Assembly (NCBI RefSeq): GCF_004010195.1
Contig: NC_057719.1
Coordinates: 31,166,957 to 31,230,956, forward strand
Reading direction: 5' to 3'
DNA length: 64,000 nt
DNA from: Chiloscyllium plagiosum
Lineage: Eukaryota
This document shows positions 1 through 13,870 of the stretch, piece after piece. Each line of letters opens with the position of its first letter. The first letter of the stretch is position 1. Below the pieces are notes generated by a model that worked only from the letters and a program-made list of their open reading frames with translations, made no database searches and was not told where the DNA came from. The position numbers and the translations under genes were made by a program.

Positions 1-867
1 GATCAGTCTGGTTTGGTACAAAGATGAAAAGGATTTTGAGAGTCTTTTTGTTTATATGTAAATAGATCAGACTTCACGCCAAAGTGGTCATGCTTTATAA
101 GTGACTTATGTAAAGAGGGTAGTGGTCAGCTCTTTAGCTAGCTGAGCTGAGCAGTTTTAGATTAGATTCCCTACAGTATTGAAACAGGCCCTTTGGCCCA
201 ACAAGTCCACACTGACCCTCTGAAAAGTAACCCATTCCTCTACCCTATATTTACCCCTAACTAATGCATCTAACACTGTGGGCAATTTAGCATGGCCAAT
301 TCACCTGACCTACGCATCTTTTGGATTGTGGGAGGAAACCAGAGTACCTGGAGGAAAACCCACACAAACACTGGGAGAATGTACAAACTCCACACAAACA
401 GTAGCCCGAGGCAGGAATTGAACCCGGGTCCCTGGTGCTGTGAGGCAGCAGTGTTAACCACTGAGCCACCATGCCGCCCGTAGTTGAATCCTGAACTGGG
501 AAATTCAACAGGGAGCTGTGTGAAAACTTTCTCTCTTTTCTGCCCTTCAACTTTGAACTGTAAGCATGTGTTCCATATATACTCCTTTTTAAAGGAAGTT
601 TGTTTATTGGGACTGTTGTGTGTTTTCGGAACAGCATAATTAAGTCTAGCTGGATAGGTTGACTTCTGTAGGGGTTCTTCATTCTGCTCTTTGTCTTTCA
701 TTGTGTAATTTTGTGAATACATTTTTGTCTGTTTTAAAATCTAGTAGTCAACCTAGCTGTCTTACTCTGGATAATTTTCACTGTACACTTACCGAAACAA
801 ATTGCAAAGTTAGGTCTAGAGCTACCTGCTTAAGAATGTTTTGAGTGATCTGGCCTAGTCCATAACA
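1..867 (+). mobile_element. Possible LTR fragment (ends ...CATAACA) hosting a SINE
   Basis: LTR-like 3' terminus TAACA. The 5' end is not visible. Confidence 0.3.
157..480 (-). mobile_element. HE1-type tRNA-derived V-SINE
   Basis: On the minus strand: tRNA box A/B head, V-domain (tgtgtggagttt...ctcccaca), (taatc)n-like tail. Confidence 0.85.
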
Positions 868-1033
868 GCTATTTCCAACTCTTTCTTGAAATCACACAAT
901 GTTTTGGTCTTGACTGCTTTCTGTGGTAACAAATTCTGTGGTAACAGACTCATCACTCGCTGGGCGAAGAAATTTCTCTTTACCTCGGTCCGGAATGGTT
1001 TACCACATATACTTAGACTGTAACTCCTGGTTC

Positions 1034-1303
1034 ACAGTGATTCAATGGTTAGTACTGCTGCTTCACAGCACCAGGGACCCAGGTTTAATTCCACTCTCAG
1101 GCGATGGTCTGTGTGGAGTTTGCACATTCTCCCCGTGGGTTTGCTCCAAGTGCTGTGGTTTCCTCCCACAGTCCAAAGATGAGCAGGTGAGATGGATTTG
1201 GCAATGGGAAATGCAGGGTACAGGGATGGAGTAGGTCTGGGTGGGAAGCTCTTCAGAGGGCAGAATGGGCAGAATGACCTGCTTCAACATTGTAGGGATT
1301 CTA
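1034..1303 (+). mobile_element. Diverged V-SINE within a minus-strand CR1 remnant
   Basis: tRNA-like head and V-domain. Confidence 0.75.
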
Positions 1304-2944
1304 TGGGGTTCCAAACTCCCCTGTCATCAGGAGCATCCACCCTTTCCAGTCTGTTAGAATTTCATAGGTTTGTATGAGATCCTTCCTCATTCTTCTGAAC
1401 TTCAGCAAATATAATCCTAACCCATTTAACTTCTTTTGATTCTTCAGTCCTGCCATTCCAGGAATCAGTCTGGTAAACCTTTGCTGTGCTTACTTTATGA
1501 GCATGTAGTCTTTTCCAATAAGCATTAGAATAGGTTTTCACCCTTAGTATTAGGTCATTAAAAGTTTTTAAATTAGTTTGAATTTTTAGTTATGCTTGAA
1601 TTAAGTCTTTTTTTAAAAACAAAATATGGTAATTTAATGAAGCAGTTTTTTTTTAAACAATCAAGATACCAGTATGGCTACCACGGTCATAAGCTGAGTT
1701 TTTCTTAAAAAAAAATCACTCAGAATTTTTATGCCACTATTAAGGCTAGCATTTCTTCACTGAAAACATTTGGTACAGCTGAGTGTATATGCTGCCAATT
1801 CAAAAGCCTGAAAAGATTAACAATGTTGGTGTGACCAACGCTTCATTGTAACTTTTAATGAACTCAGATTCTGCAACTGCCACAATATGGTTCGCAGTTG
1901 TGTTCTCTGCATTAACTTTTGTCCTTTTGAATTCTAGTCCGGTTACATGATAGCTACTATAATGTGTGTTAATAAACACAAATATTGTTTCAGGCAGGAA
2001 AGAAAAATCAAGGGTGGGAGTTGATGTGCAGAAGTTGAAAGTTGTACTGTAAATTTTGATATTCTCTATATGTTCCTTCTGCAATATTAGGTTACAAAAG
2101 GAAAATAAGTTGTAATTTTCAATATCCTGACCAAAGTTTGTCAGTTGTGAGTTTGAAACCTGTGTGTGACCTGTCCTGTAAGTTCAAATCCAGGAGAGGC
2201 CTCTGACTAATCTATCCTGTAAATCAAAATTTCACAAATTGATAATCTAAGATATGTTGTCAAATGTGACCCTTTGGATGGCTAGTATTTTAGAGAGTAG
2301 ATTTACACCTACAGTTTTCTCACACCTTAAATTTATGATTTCATGGAGTGGTGCCACTTACATCTTCCAAGGTGAATAAATAAAGTTTTGCTTTGCTCAT
2401 GTTTATTCTATCCTATCTTACTGATGCATATTTTCCCCAAATAAAGTCTTATTTTGATGTCAGTTTATGAAAAAAATAAAAATTGTCATAGTCCCAGAAG
2501 ACCATAAGTTGCTCTCTGATGAGAGGGAGGGAGAGAGAGAGATGACTAGATTGAGTTTAACTTGAAGGTCACCATATCTTGGGAGAGATGAGAAGGCAGG
2601 TCTATCATTGTGACTTCAGACCAAATTGGAATTGAACCCACCCTGTTAACATCACTTGGCATCATAAACCAGTTGTCTAGTCAACTGGGCTTTGGCATGT
2701 TGTTGATAGAACTGAAGATAGCTGTGTGAAGGAGTCATTTGGTAGTTGGAAGAAATTTTTATTGCTTGTGCCACTTTTCAATGCCTTATCCTTATCTCCA
2801 AAAGTTTATGCTTCCTTGGTTACTGGTTGATGTTATAGTTAATAAGTTTTACCAACTGATAACTTAGTTCACTTGCATGAAACTTGAATTCATTTTTTCT
2901 TTTTAACAGATCTTTAATTGTTTTTTTTTGTTTCTTCTGTTCAG

Positions 2945-3103
2945 CCATCTTAATGCTGTGGTCAGAAAATGCACAGCACAGCATCTTGCCAATGTAGTGG
3001 AGCGAATGGGAGCAGGACGACTTTTATCTGGAATTAAAGATATAACTGATCGGATTATACATGCGGTAGCAAAATTTGCACAGGATGGTTCTCAAGAAAC
3101 TAG
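2945..3103 (+). CDS. TOGARAM1: TOGARAM1 internal coding exon (S HLNAVVRKCTAQHL...AQDGSQETR)
   Basis: Polypyrimidine tract + AG at 2943-44. TOG/HEAT-repeat peptide recognisable as TOGARAM1. Ends AG|GCAAGT (GC donor), in frame with the next exon. Confidence 0.9.
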
Positions 3104-4337
3104 GCAAGTAAATACCTTGTAATAATGAGTTTCATAGGACAATGTACCGATTTAACTTGCAGACGAAGGGATGTGGGAATAATTTATTTTTTTCCCCAAG
3201 ATATTAATTTTTACAGTGCTGTACAGCATAAATCTGCCCATTGCATTATCATGACATTGTGGAAGCATGATTAGTAATTATTGGACAAGAAGGACTCCAG
3301 AGATGGGGAGGGCATCTGTATCTACTTATACTGAGGTCCAAACACACTAATTGTTTCTTTTCATCCTGCCACTCTATTCCTTCATTCTCGATGATGTACA
3401 TCCAACATCCCTTAATGTCAGTACTACCTGTTTCTATCATTCATTTTGACACTTTCAACACAGTTTAAAGAATGTCTTCTAAACACCTTATTTATTCCCA
3501 TGTACCTATCCTGTACTATATTAACTTTATGACCCTTTGTAGTACACTTGCTCACAAGTGAAACAGACCCCACATTCACCCTATTGAACCCTTTTATAAT
3601 TTTGACTTCTAACAAATCTGCTCAATTTTCTTCCTGATTATTACATCCTTTCAATTTTGGTAACATCTTGTAATTTTGTTTTTCCCTGCTATTCACCTGT
3701 GTTTTAATATCCATCATATAGAATGGAGACCAGAACTGTGCAAAGTAAACAATGGAAATGGATTTCTGTGAAAATAGTAACTGAGCCAAACAGACTAGAA
3801 GTAGATGAACAAGAGAAAAATAATGAAATCAATCAAATTAAATGTCAATGAGGTTAATAGTTTCAAATATGTGGGAAAGAAATTCTAAATTTTTAATCTT
3901 CCTCTTGTGTTTTGATGAACAACTATTGCAATTCAAGATTAATATTCAATGTTCTATGATTTAACCTGGCACCAATGTTCCAACTAAATATATTTCATCA
4001 TGTTGTGGTTCATCAAGTTGAATGCATGGTATCTTTACTTTTTTGCTTGGTTGCTGCCAATTTCTTAAGACAACTTACAAATGCCACAGATTACCTGGAA
4101 TTCTAGAAGGATCTTTCAATCTTGTAAAATACACTTTAATTGCTTGCCTGCTGATAAAGGTTTTGTTTAGACAAAACAAAAAAAATCACTTTTTCTCAGG
4201 TTCAAGCTTGAAAATATCAGTAGGATACACCCTATTTGGGTTTTATTTTTATCAAGAAACCATAACACATTGAAATTCTAATTGTAGTTTGTCATCCCTA
4301 GGTTACACATCTCTTACTTTGCTATTGAAAACATTGA

Positions 4338-4522
4338 GGAGAAAGTGAGGTCTGCAGATGCTGGAGATCAGAGCTGAAAATGTGTTGCTGGAAAAGCGCA
4401 GCAGGTCAGGCAGCATCCAGGGAACAGGAGAATCGACGTTTCGGGCATATGCCCGAAACATCGATTCTCCTGTTCTCTGGATGCTGCCTGACCTGCTGCG
4501 CTTTTCCAGCAACACATTTTCA
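4338..4522 (-). mobile_element. Palindromic PLE-derived mini-element (hammerhead core deleted at the palindrome centre)
   Basis: Inverted arms centred ~4450. TSD gctatt(g/t)aaaacattga at 4321-37 and 4523-39. Confidence 0.85.
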
Positions 4523-4592
4523 GCTATTTAAAACATTGAAACATTGTAATTCAATGTTTGTAGATATGCACTAACCTTTTTATATATTGCAG

Positions 4593-4719
4593 ATATTATG
4601 GACGCAAGATGCTTTTTATTATGATGTCTCACCACGATTTTGACAAGGTGCTTGAAAAACATTTGCCACCCAGAGACTTGCCTTATATTCGAGATACTGT
4701 TAATAATCTTCGACAAAAG
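4593..4719 (+). CDS. TOGARAM1: TOGARAM1 coding exon (YYGRKMLFIMMSHHDFDKVLEKHLPPRDLPYIRDTVNNLRQK)
   Basis: CTAAC branch-like site at 4571, acceptor AG 4591-92, donor AAG|GTACAA. Phases consistent. Confidence 0.92.
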
Positions 4720-5569
4720 GTACAAAGGAGTTTAAACACCCCAATCCATAGTTTGCTCAGTTTAATGCAGAAAGTTTTGGCGCTACATTACAATATTAAT
4801 GCTTTTGCTTAAATTTGCATTGGTAGTTGTTTCTTTTTTTGATACCTTGATATATTAAACCTAGCCATCTTGATTTCAGTTCTGTTATTTTAGAAGTTAA
4901 TCTCAGGAGTCTCGGGTACAAGTTACATCGATTTTTTTTTTGCCAACACATTGGGAGAGTTCTTTCTCAGAGCACTTCTGAAGCAGGAATCTGCTCAGTC
5001 AAGAAATCCATCAGATATTTATACGTTGAAAAACTCATAGGCAGTGCATTACGTGAATTCCAATGTGATTTTTTTTAGGCTTATTCCTGGGAGGGGAGAG
5101 GGTGTCTGAGACCCCCTTGTCTTAGCTACCACCCCTATTTCCAGATGCTTCTCTAATCTATCCTCTGGACCCTGATTGTTGTTACTGGTATTAATCTTGT
5201 ACACTTATATGGCCACTTTTGTCTACAACATCATGTTGTTGAGCATAAAATCAGTGGTACTGAGGTCACTAGGCATTCAAGCTACTATAAGGACTCAGAG
5301 ATTGCTATAAGTTCAGCCGCGAATACACTTAGCTGCCTGGCCTGTGTATTTGCTGCATCAGCATTTTAGCTGGTAAATTCAATTAACTCCAAAACCTTTC
5401 TAAATACAAGAAAACAAGAAATGAACTATACTTATTAAACTAACTAAATTCTTTAGTCCTTTCTAATGTAATTGCTTAACTCTGCATAAAACTTCTATTG
5501 ATCATATTAATTTCTTCCCTCATTGAATTGTAATGGGGGTAACTCATATCCAATATTTTCCCTTTACAG

Positions 5570-5685
5570 GGCCTTGGGGAAATGCCATTAGATACCCCAT
5601 CAGCAAAGGGCAGACGATATCCTGCCAGCGGAGGGAGCATGCGAGTGTCATCTAGCTCCAGGGAAATACAGAGTTTAACAGGAAG
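5570..5685 (+). CDS. TOGARAM1: TOGARAM1 coding exon (GLGEMPLDTPSAKGRRYPASGG...)
   Basis: ttttccctttacAG acceptor, AG|GTATTA donor, phase 0 to 2. The GLGEMPLDTPSAKGRR peptide resembles vertebrate TOGARAM1. Confidence 0.9.
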
Positions 5686-6806
5686 GTATTAGCAAATTTA
5701 CTGTATAGTTAATCATTAGTTAATTATTTGTAGACAGAACTTCATAATGTATTAGTTGAATTTCTCGTTCCAGTTTACTTAAACTCTATGATTTTATTAA
5801 TTTATAATTTAAATTAAATGTATAGATCATGCCGATGCATTATAATAATCTGCATAATAGGTTGCAATAAGGAATTGAAATAGTTTCTTGCTTACACCTA
5901 TACATTGTATGCAAGTTACATGCTTTGTTTTGTAAGTTACCAGAGACTGACATAATACTTAATTTGGTTTATTTTTTTATTTCTAAATTGTATATCATAA
6001 GTTGATGTTTGTATTAATGTAAAATGCTGGAAAGTATGAAACTCTTCACAGCAGGACATCCCACCTAGTCTAGGTTTTCTTTGCTTGATCTTTTTTTCTC
6101 ATTTCTTTCTAACCTGCTCAAAAAAATCTATTGATTTATCTTTAGGATGCTCTATACTTATATAGAGTTTGAAACTTGAGAACTCTGAAAAATTGGCAAT
6201 ACTGTATTTTCATTGTTTCAGACCTACTGACTGCAAAAATGTCGAGCTTATATTGTACTGTCATGATAGAGATGAAACAGAAATTGTAACCATGGTGATA
6301 CAGAAGGAATAATATATTTTAGAAGGAAACCAAAGACTTTTCTTCAACTAGTTACTTTATACAAAATATAATTTAAAAATCTAATCAGAATTATTTGTGT
6401 GGGTGTGTTTTTAAACTTTCACTTCATGGCTTTGTTGAAGCTCTCAATTCAATTTCCATGATTTTATTCATATCAGCCTTCAGTTTAATCAACACTAATA
6501 AATACACTTCCTAAGTACAACTGGGTACAAAATAGGCTTCACAATTATGTTTAAAACTGTTTAATAGTTTGCACTGTTATTAAGGGACTAAATAAATTTT
6601 TAGTCTCAAATCCACATCAAAATATAATAGTAAAAATGGACAAGTATTATTTTCCTTACACAGATCATTTTTGAGAATTTATCTTTCTCTAAACAACTGT
6701 TGTATGCTGTATTAGAGCAGAGCTTTGTTGAATTTTGATTTTTTTTTAAGTAAAACTGTTCTTCAAGTATGAAATCATGATTATGAAATAAAATCTAATC
6801 ATACAG

Positions 6807-7008
6807 GGATGTCACAGAAGCAACACTGAGTTTACGTGATTATACATGGAGACCATCTCCACGAAACTTGATTGAAAATGCAGAATATCTCAAGGAAATT
6901 ACAGGCCTATTGGGCGCAAAGGATTTTCGGGATCGCAGCCGAGGGATTGAGCAATTATTAACGGATTGTCAGAATAACCAAGAACTTGTTATAATCAATA
7001 TTGTTAAG
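6807..7008 (+). CDS. TOGARAM1: TOGARAM1 coding exon (DVTEATL...EITGLLGAKDFRDRSRGIEQLL...NIVK)
   Basis: catacAG acceptor (weak pyrimidine tract), AAG|GTAATA donor, open frame, phase 2 to 0. Start of the last TOG domain. Confidence 0.88.
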
Positions 7009-8080
7009 GTAATACTGGAACAATAAATTAAAATATTGCTGTGATAAATAAATAATTCTGAACAATCAACTTAGAGCTTTTGTAAAGTTTGTGATGTTGA
7101 AGTTGTTTTTGAATGAACCACTTCAGCTTGTTTAAATTAAAAGTTGATTAAATAATGTATTTGTAAAATATCAGTGCTACCAAATAAATTGTTTAGCTGT
7201 TACATCATTTTACTGAGAGTTATCGTAAGTACCCTTTAGTGGCACTACCCCTCCCCAATTTTTAATTATTTGGTCTGAAGCACACTTTATAATTTTATAT
7301 TTCTTAATTATTTAAGTTTTTAGTTTTATTTTCCTTTACAAATTGTATCCATGACTTTTCATTCTACTCTGTATTTTCTGTTTTTCTCACTTCAATTTTG
7401 TACTTCTCTTTTACTCAGCTATGACATGTTATGTCTACTTACTTTGTTCATTCTCATGTGGTATACTTCTTCATTCTTATTTGTTTTTCCTAATTTATTG
7501 CTTTGTTTTATACTCATCTTTCTTAATTTTTATTTTAAACATATTGTTTAAAACAAAAATATCCTGCACATTGAAAACTTTTCATTTCCCATACTCATTT
7601 TTGTCAGTTTGGGGAAGCAAAATGTTTCCATGTTTTGTATTCTGCATCCTTTACTCACTTACATTAGTTTTCATAAATCTCGTCTTTTTTGAAGTACCAG
7701 GTGGTCTGCATAATATCCCTATTAATGTGATCTGTCCCTTCCTGTCTTTAATTTCATTGCATGGTTTTAGCTTTTTTTTTCTAGTTATATCTCTTCCATA
7801 ATTGCCATTTTATCTCTAATCAATTCATTTATCCCAACTCCTTTTTTCTGTACTTTATCTGATTATTATAGCCTGCAGTATTCAGTTGCTAGTCTTTCTA
7901 TTTGTATAGGTATGTTTCAGTTACTTGGAGGCAACAATCTTTTGTAATATCAAATCCAAGCCATCTAATCTGTGACATACTTAATGTAAAATGAAAAAGT
8001 AAGATCTATTCATTCGTAATCTGCTTTGTTAAACTGGGACTTGAAAATGATCATATTAAATGTTAATATTTCCTCTCCAG

Positions 8081-8300
8081 ATCTTTGATGCTTTCAAACC
8101 TCGACTGCATGATTTCAACAGCAAGGTAAATCAGACAGCATTAGAAACCATGCAGAAAATGATTCCATTGTTGAAGGATAATCTGGCTCAGGTTTTGAAC
8201 GTTCTTTTCCCTGCCATTGTCGACAACAATCTGAATTCCAAGAATCTTGGAATTTATAATGCTGCCATCAGTGTTGTTCACACCCTTGTTCAACATATAG
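8081..8300 (+). CDS. TOGARAM1: TOGARAM1 coding exon (IFDAFKPRLHDFNSKVNQTALE...LVQHI)
   Basis: ttcctctccAG acceptor, G|GTATGT donor. HEAT-repeat peptide. Confidence 0.93.
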
Positions 8301-8599
8301 GTATGTAGAAGTGACTGAAATGATTATTTCAAGATGTTCTATCCACTAACAAAACCATGTTTGTTTATATTATTATTTGTCTGTAAGAATGTACATACAT
8401 GTTTATGTGTAGGGATAGAAGTGAATTTAACTCAACAGGAAAACATTTGATTAAAAAGAGCAGCCAGAAATTGAAGTATTCAGCAACATGACTAAGATTT
8501 AAAAAATCAAAATGTTGAAAATAGAACAATATGTTCAAACGTGTAACTATCAGAAGATAAGTGATCTCTGCTTCGGTGATAGGGAAGTTATATTAATGT

Positions 8600-9740
8600 A
8601 GAAACATAAAAAAGGGAGATGTATGTTTTTCAAACCTGTTATGCCATGTGTTAAGATCATGGCTGATCATCCAACTCAGTATCCTGTTGCCACTTACTCT
8701 GTTTGATTCCTTTAACACTAAGACCTATACCTAATACTTTCTTGAAAACATTCAATGGTTTGGCCTCAATCACTTTCAGTGGCAGAGAACTCCACAAGCT
8801 CACCAATCTATGGGTGAAGAAATTTCTCCTCATCTCAGTCCTAAATGAGCTACCGTGTATTCTTAAACTGTTTCCCTGGTTCTAGAGTCCTCAGCTATTA
8901 GGAACATCCTTTATGTATTTAACGTCTCTAGACCTGTTAGAATTTTATAGGTTTCTATGAGATCTCCAATCCCTCTTTCTCCAGTGAACAATAGTCCTAA
9001 CCAATCAAGTCTACCTTAATATATCAGTCCTGCCATCCCAGGAATCAGGCTGGTAAGCCTTTGTTGCACTCTCTCCATGGCTAAAAAATCCTTCCTCAGA
9101 TAAGCAGACCACACCTGGATACATTACTCCAGATGTGATCTCACCAAGGCTCTTGACATCCCTATTCCTTAATCAAATCCTCTTGCTGTGAAGGCCAACA
9201 TGCTATTTGTCTTCTTCACTTCCTGCAGTATTTACATGTTTATTTTCAGCGACTGGTGTACAAGGACACCCAAGTTTCATTGCACATTCCCCTTTCCCAA
9301 TCTATCGCCACTCAGAAAATAATCTGCCGCCTTGTTTTTGCTACCAAAATGGATAACCTCACATTTATTCACATTGTACTTCATCTGCCATGTATTTGCC
9401 CACTCATTCAACTTGTCCAAATCACACTGAAGCACCTATATCTTCCTCAAATTTCACCCTCTCACTCAGTTTATGACAACTGCAAATGTGGAGATATTAC
9501 ATTTATTTCACTTAACTAAATCATTGATATGTACTGTGAATAGCTGGGCCGAAGCACTGATCTCTATAGTTCCCCACTGGTCACTGTCTGACACTCAGTA
9601 AATGACCTGTTTATTCCTACTTTGTTTTCTGTCTCGCAGCCAGTTCTCCAGTCAGTATATTAAGCCCATTCCCACACCCTTTAACTTTACATGCTCATCT
9701 CTTATGTGAGACCTTGTTGAAATCCTTCTGAATGTCCAAG
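8600..9740 (-). mobile_element. CR1 LINE 3' fragment
   Basis: Reverse-strand CR1 RT C-terminus and 3'UTR-like sequence. Confidence 0.7.
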
Positions 9741-9906
9741 TAAACTACATCTGAATGATAACAGATTGGAAAAGGGGATGGTGCAACAAGACCTGGGTGT
9801 CCTTACACAACAGTTGCTGAAAGCAAGCTTGCAGATGGAAAAGGTAAACATTATGTTGGTCTTCACAGCATTAAGATTCAAGTGCAGGAACAAGGATATC
9901 TTGCTG

Positions 9907-11084
9907 GATGTAGGTTTGATCGCTGAGCTGGAAGGTTCATTTCCAGATGTTTCATCACCCGACTAAGTAACATCTTCAGTGAACCTCAGGCGAAGCACTG
10001 CTGATAATTCTTGCTTTCTATTTATGTGTTTGGGTTGGTGATGTCATTTCCGATGATGTCCCTTTCTGTTCTTTTTCTCAGGAGGTGGTAGATGGGGTCT
10101 AACTCGATGTATTTGTTGATAGAGTTCCAGTTGGAATGCCATGCTTCTAGGAATTCTCGTACGTGTCTTTGTCTGGCTTGTCCTAGGATGGATGTGTTGT
10201 CCCAGTCGAACTACAGAAGCAATCATCCCAACATCCACAAACGAAGCTGCATCAGAACATAATTTCAATGAGCCAACACACAATGCAGCACAGAGGAACT
10301 ATGCAGAGCAGAGGAAAATCACCTATACAGTGTATTAAAAAAAAATGGGTACCCAATGAACACAGTCCGCTGATTTCTCAGCAACAACCCCAAACAAGAA
10401 GACAAAACACGTCCAGAAACCCTAGCCACTCTCCCCTACATCAAAGGCATCTCGGAAATGACTGCCAGACTACTCAGACCGCTTAGCATCATGGTAGCCC
10501 ACAAACCAGTCAACACACTAAAACAGCAGCTAATGTATTTGAAAAACCCTATGCAGACAACAAGCCAAACTAATGTCATTTACAAAATACCGTGCAAGGA
10601 CTGTAACAAACACTACATTGGACAAAAAGGCAGAAAACTACCCACCAGGATACATGAACACCAACTAGCCACAAAAAGACATGACCCTCTCGCACCAGTA
10701 TCCTTACATACAGATGAGGAAGGACATCACTTTGACTGGGACAACACATCTATCCTAGGACAAGCCAAACAGAGACCCGCACGAGAATTCATAGAAGGAT
10801 GGCATTCCAACTGGAACTCTATCAACAAACACATCAAGTTAGACCCATCTACCACCCCCTGAGAAAAAGAACAGGTAGTGACTTCACCACAGGAAATGAC
10901 ATCACCAACCCAAAGAAACCCAAACATATAAATAGAAAGCAGGACTTATAAGCAGTGCTTTGCCTGAGGCCTGAAGATGTTAACTAATAGGATGACGAAA
11001 CGTCTGAAAATGAACCTTCCAGCTCAGCAAGCAAACCTACATCCGGAACCTCAACCTGAGCTACAAATCTTCTCAAAACTTGCT
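9907..11084 (+). mobile_element. Penelope-like element (Poseidon-type) 3' fragment with GIY-YIG endonuclease and inverted 3' duplication, nested in a + strand CR1
   Basis: ORF 10458-10862 NVIYKIPCKDCNKHYIGQ..R..RIHEH (GIY-YIG). 9907-10210 is an inverted copy of ~10735-11045. TSD aaggat(a/g)tcttgctg at 9892-9906 and 11085-99. The host CR1 reads KDILL|QLYRALVR across the insertion. Confidence 0.9.
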
Positions 11085-11424
11085 AAGGATGTCTTGCTGC
11101 AGTTATACAGAGCCTTGGTGAGGTTGGAGCATTGTGTGCAGTTTTGGTCTCCTTATCTGAGGAAGGATCTCTGGATCTGAAGGGAATGCAGCAGAGAAGA
11201 AGTAGACTGGAATGACAGGGCTGAGGTATGAAGAGATAATGGATCAGTTAGGACAATATTCACTGGTGACTAGAAGAATGTAGAGACAGAAAAACCCAAA
11301 TCAACATCTCCATTCAACTGACATGCATAGCAATGTGAAAAATCACACATCACCAGGTTATAGTCCAACGGGTTTATTTGGAGGCACTACCTTTCAGTGA
11401 CAAAGAAGCAGCGCTTCAAAAGCT

Positions 11425-13870
11425 CCATCCTAGGGAAAAAGACCTTTTGCTATTCACCTCATCCATGCCCCTCATGATTTTATAAACTTTATAAGGTCAC
11501 CCCTCAACTTCCTACACTCCAGTGAAAAGAGTCCCAGCCTATCCAAGCTATCTTTATAACTGAAACATTCCATTCCCAGCAATGTACCAGTAATTCTTTT
11601 CTGAACCCTTTCCAATTTAATAACATCTTTTCTATAGCAGGGTGATTAAAACTGTACACACTACTCCAGAAGAGACCTCACTCATGTCCTATACAACCTC
11701 AAATTGACATCCAATTCCTTTTCTCAAATGAAAGCAAGCGTGCTAAATGCCTCCTTAACCACCCTAGATACCTGTGACGCAAATTTCAAAGAATTATGTA
11801 TGTGGCCTCTGTATTCCTCAACACAGCTCAGGGCCCTACCATTAATTGTATAAGTCCTGCCCTAATCCAAATTAAACTCCAACTGCCACTCTTCAGCCCA
11901 TTCTCCTAATTGATCAAAATCTCCTTGTAATCTTAGATAAGCTTCTTCACTGTCCACTATACCACCAATTTTGATGCCATCTGCAAACCTGCTAACCATG
12001 TCTCTTAAATTCTCATTCAAATCATTTATGTAAAAGATTAACAAAAGTCCAAGTAACAACCCATCACCACTATGCTCAGTCTCCTGCCACAAGCCAATTT
12101 TGTAACCAATTGGGAAGCTCTCCCTGTGAGCTAACTTTTCTAATTAGCCTACCATGTGGAACCTTGTCAAAGGCTTTACTAAAGTCCATGTAAACAATGT
12201 CTACCGCTCTGCCCTCATCAATCTTTTTGGTTACTTTCTTACAAAAATTCAGTTAAGTTTGTGAGACAAGGTTTCCTTCACACAAAGCTTTGCTGACTAT
12301 CCTTAATCAGTCCTTGCTCCTCTAAATACATGTAAATCCTGACTTTCAGAATTATCTCAACAACTCACCCACCCCGGATATCAGACTTACAGATCTATTG
12401 TTCCCAGGCTTCTCCTTACAGCCTTTTACAGCACAACATTTAGTCATCCTCCAGTCCTCCAGCACCTCACCCATAGTTATAGATAAGACAAATATCTCTG
12501 CCCCACAACTTCCTCCCTAACATCCCACAAAGTCCTGGGATACACCTGATCAGGTCCTGGAGATTTATGCACCCTTATGTTTTCTAAGACCTCCAGAACC
12601 TCCTCTTTTGTAAACGTGAACTGTTTTCAAAACATCAATATTTATTTTCCCAAGTTTTCTAGCCTCCATTTCTTTCTCCACAGTAAAAACTCACACAAAA
12701 TATTCACTTAGTATCTCTCCCATCTCTTGAGGTTTAACACATGACCTCATTGATCTTTAATGGGCTCTATTCTCTCCTTAATTGCTCTTTTGCCCTTAAT
12801 GTACTTGTAGAATCTCTTTGGATTATCCTTAACCTTTTCTGTCAAGGATATCTCATATCCTCATTTTGCTCTCTTGATTTCTCTCTTGAATGCCCCTACA
12901 CCTTTTATACTCTTCAAGATATTCATTTGATCTCAGTTGTTTATATCAAATATATGACTCTTTCGTATTCTTGACCAGAACTTAAACATCTTTATTCATC
13001 CATTTATCTCTACTCTTACCAGCCTTACTCTTCACTCAAAGAGGAACATTATGTCTATGAACTCTCATTATCCTACTTTTGAAAGCCTCCCATTTGTCAG
13101 TCATCCCTTTGCCTGCAAGCGGTCTATTCCAATCAGCTTTTGCAAGTTTCTGACTCATAGCATCAAAATTTGCCTTACTGCAATTAAGAACTTTAACTAT
13201 TATAGAATGCCTATTTTTTTTCCATAACTGTTTTAAAACTAATAGAATTGTAATCACTAGTTCCCAAAGTGTTCCCCTACTAATCTTTCAGTAACTTGCC
13301 CTGCCTTATTTTGCAAGAGAAGATTAGATTTTGCTTCTTCTCTCATAGGTACATTTACATGTTGATAAAGAAAATTATCTTGAGCACATTTAACAAATTC
13401 CTCACTATCTAAGCCCTTTACTCTATTGCAGTTACAGACCATGTTTGGAAAATTAAAATCACCTACTATTACAACCCTCTAATTCTTACCTATTACAACC
13501 CTATTATTATATCTGAAATCTCTCTACATGTTTGCTCCTCAATTTCCCTCTGACTGTTCGAAGGCCGATAGTACAATCCCATCAAGGTGATCATCCCTTT
13601 CTTATTTCTAAGTTATAGCCATTATAGCTTCACTAGTCAATTCACCAAGAATATCCTAAGTACAGTAGTAATGTTTTCCTTAATGAAATACGCCACTCTC
13701 CCTCGTCTCTTGCCTCCATTTTATCCTTCGTATAGCATCTAAAACCCAAAATATTGAACTGCCAGTCCTGTCCTTACCCCAGCCAAATTTCTGCAATAAC
13801 TATGATATCCTAATCCCATGTCCCTTTAAATGCCCTGAGTTCATCAGCTTTACTTGTAAGATCCCTTGCA
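11425..13870 (-). mobile_element. CR1 LINE, degraded ORF2
   Basis: ORF pieces YINDLNENLRDMVSRFADGIKIGG and endonuclease-linker fragments. Confidence 0.85.

Noticed and set aside
4338..4522. MITE / DNA transposon interpretation of the palindromic elements
   Set aside because: The arms match a PLE pLTR, one end carries an unpaired tail, the centres vary, and the TSDs are ~15 bp rather than transposase-type.
7351..7801. Hydrophobic ORFs of 66 and 126 aa
   Set aside because: They derive from low-complexity T-rich intron sequence.
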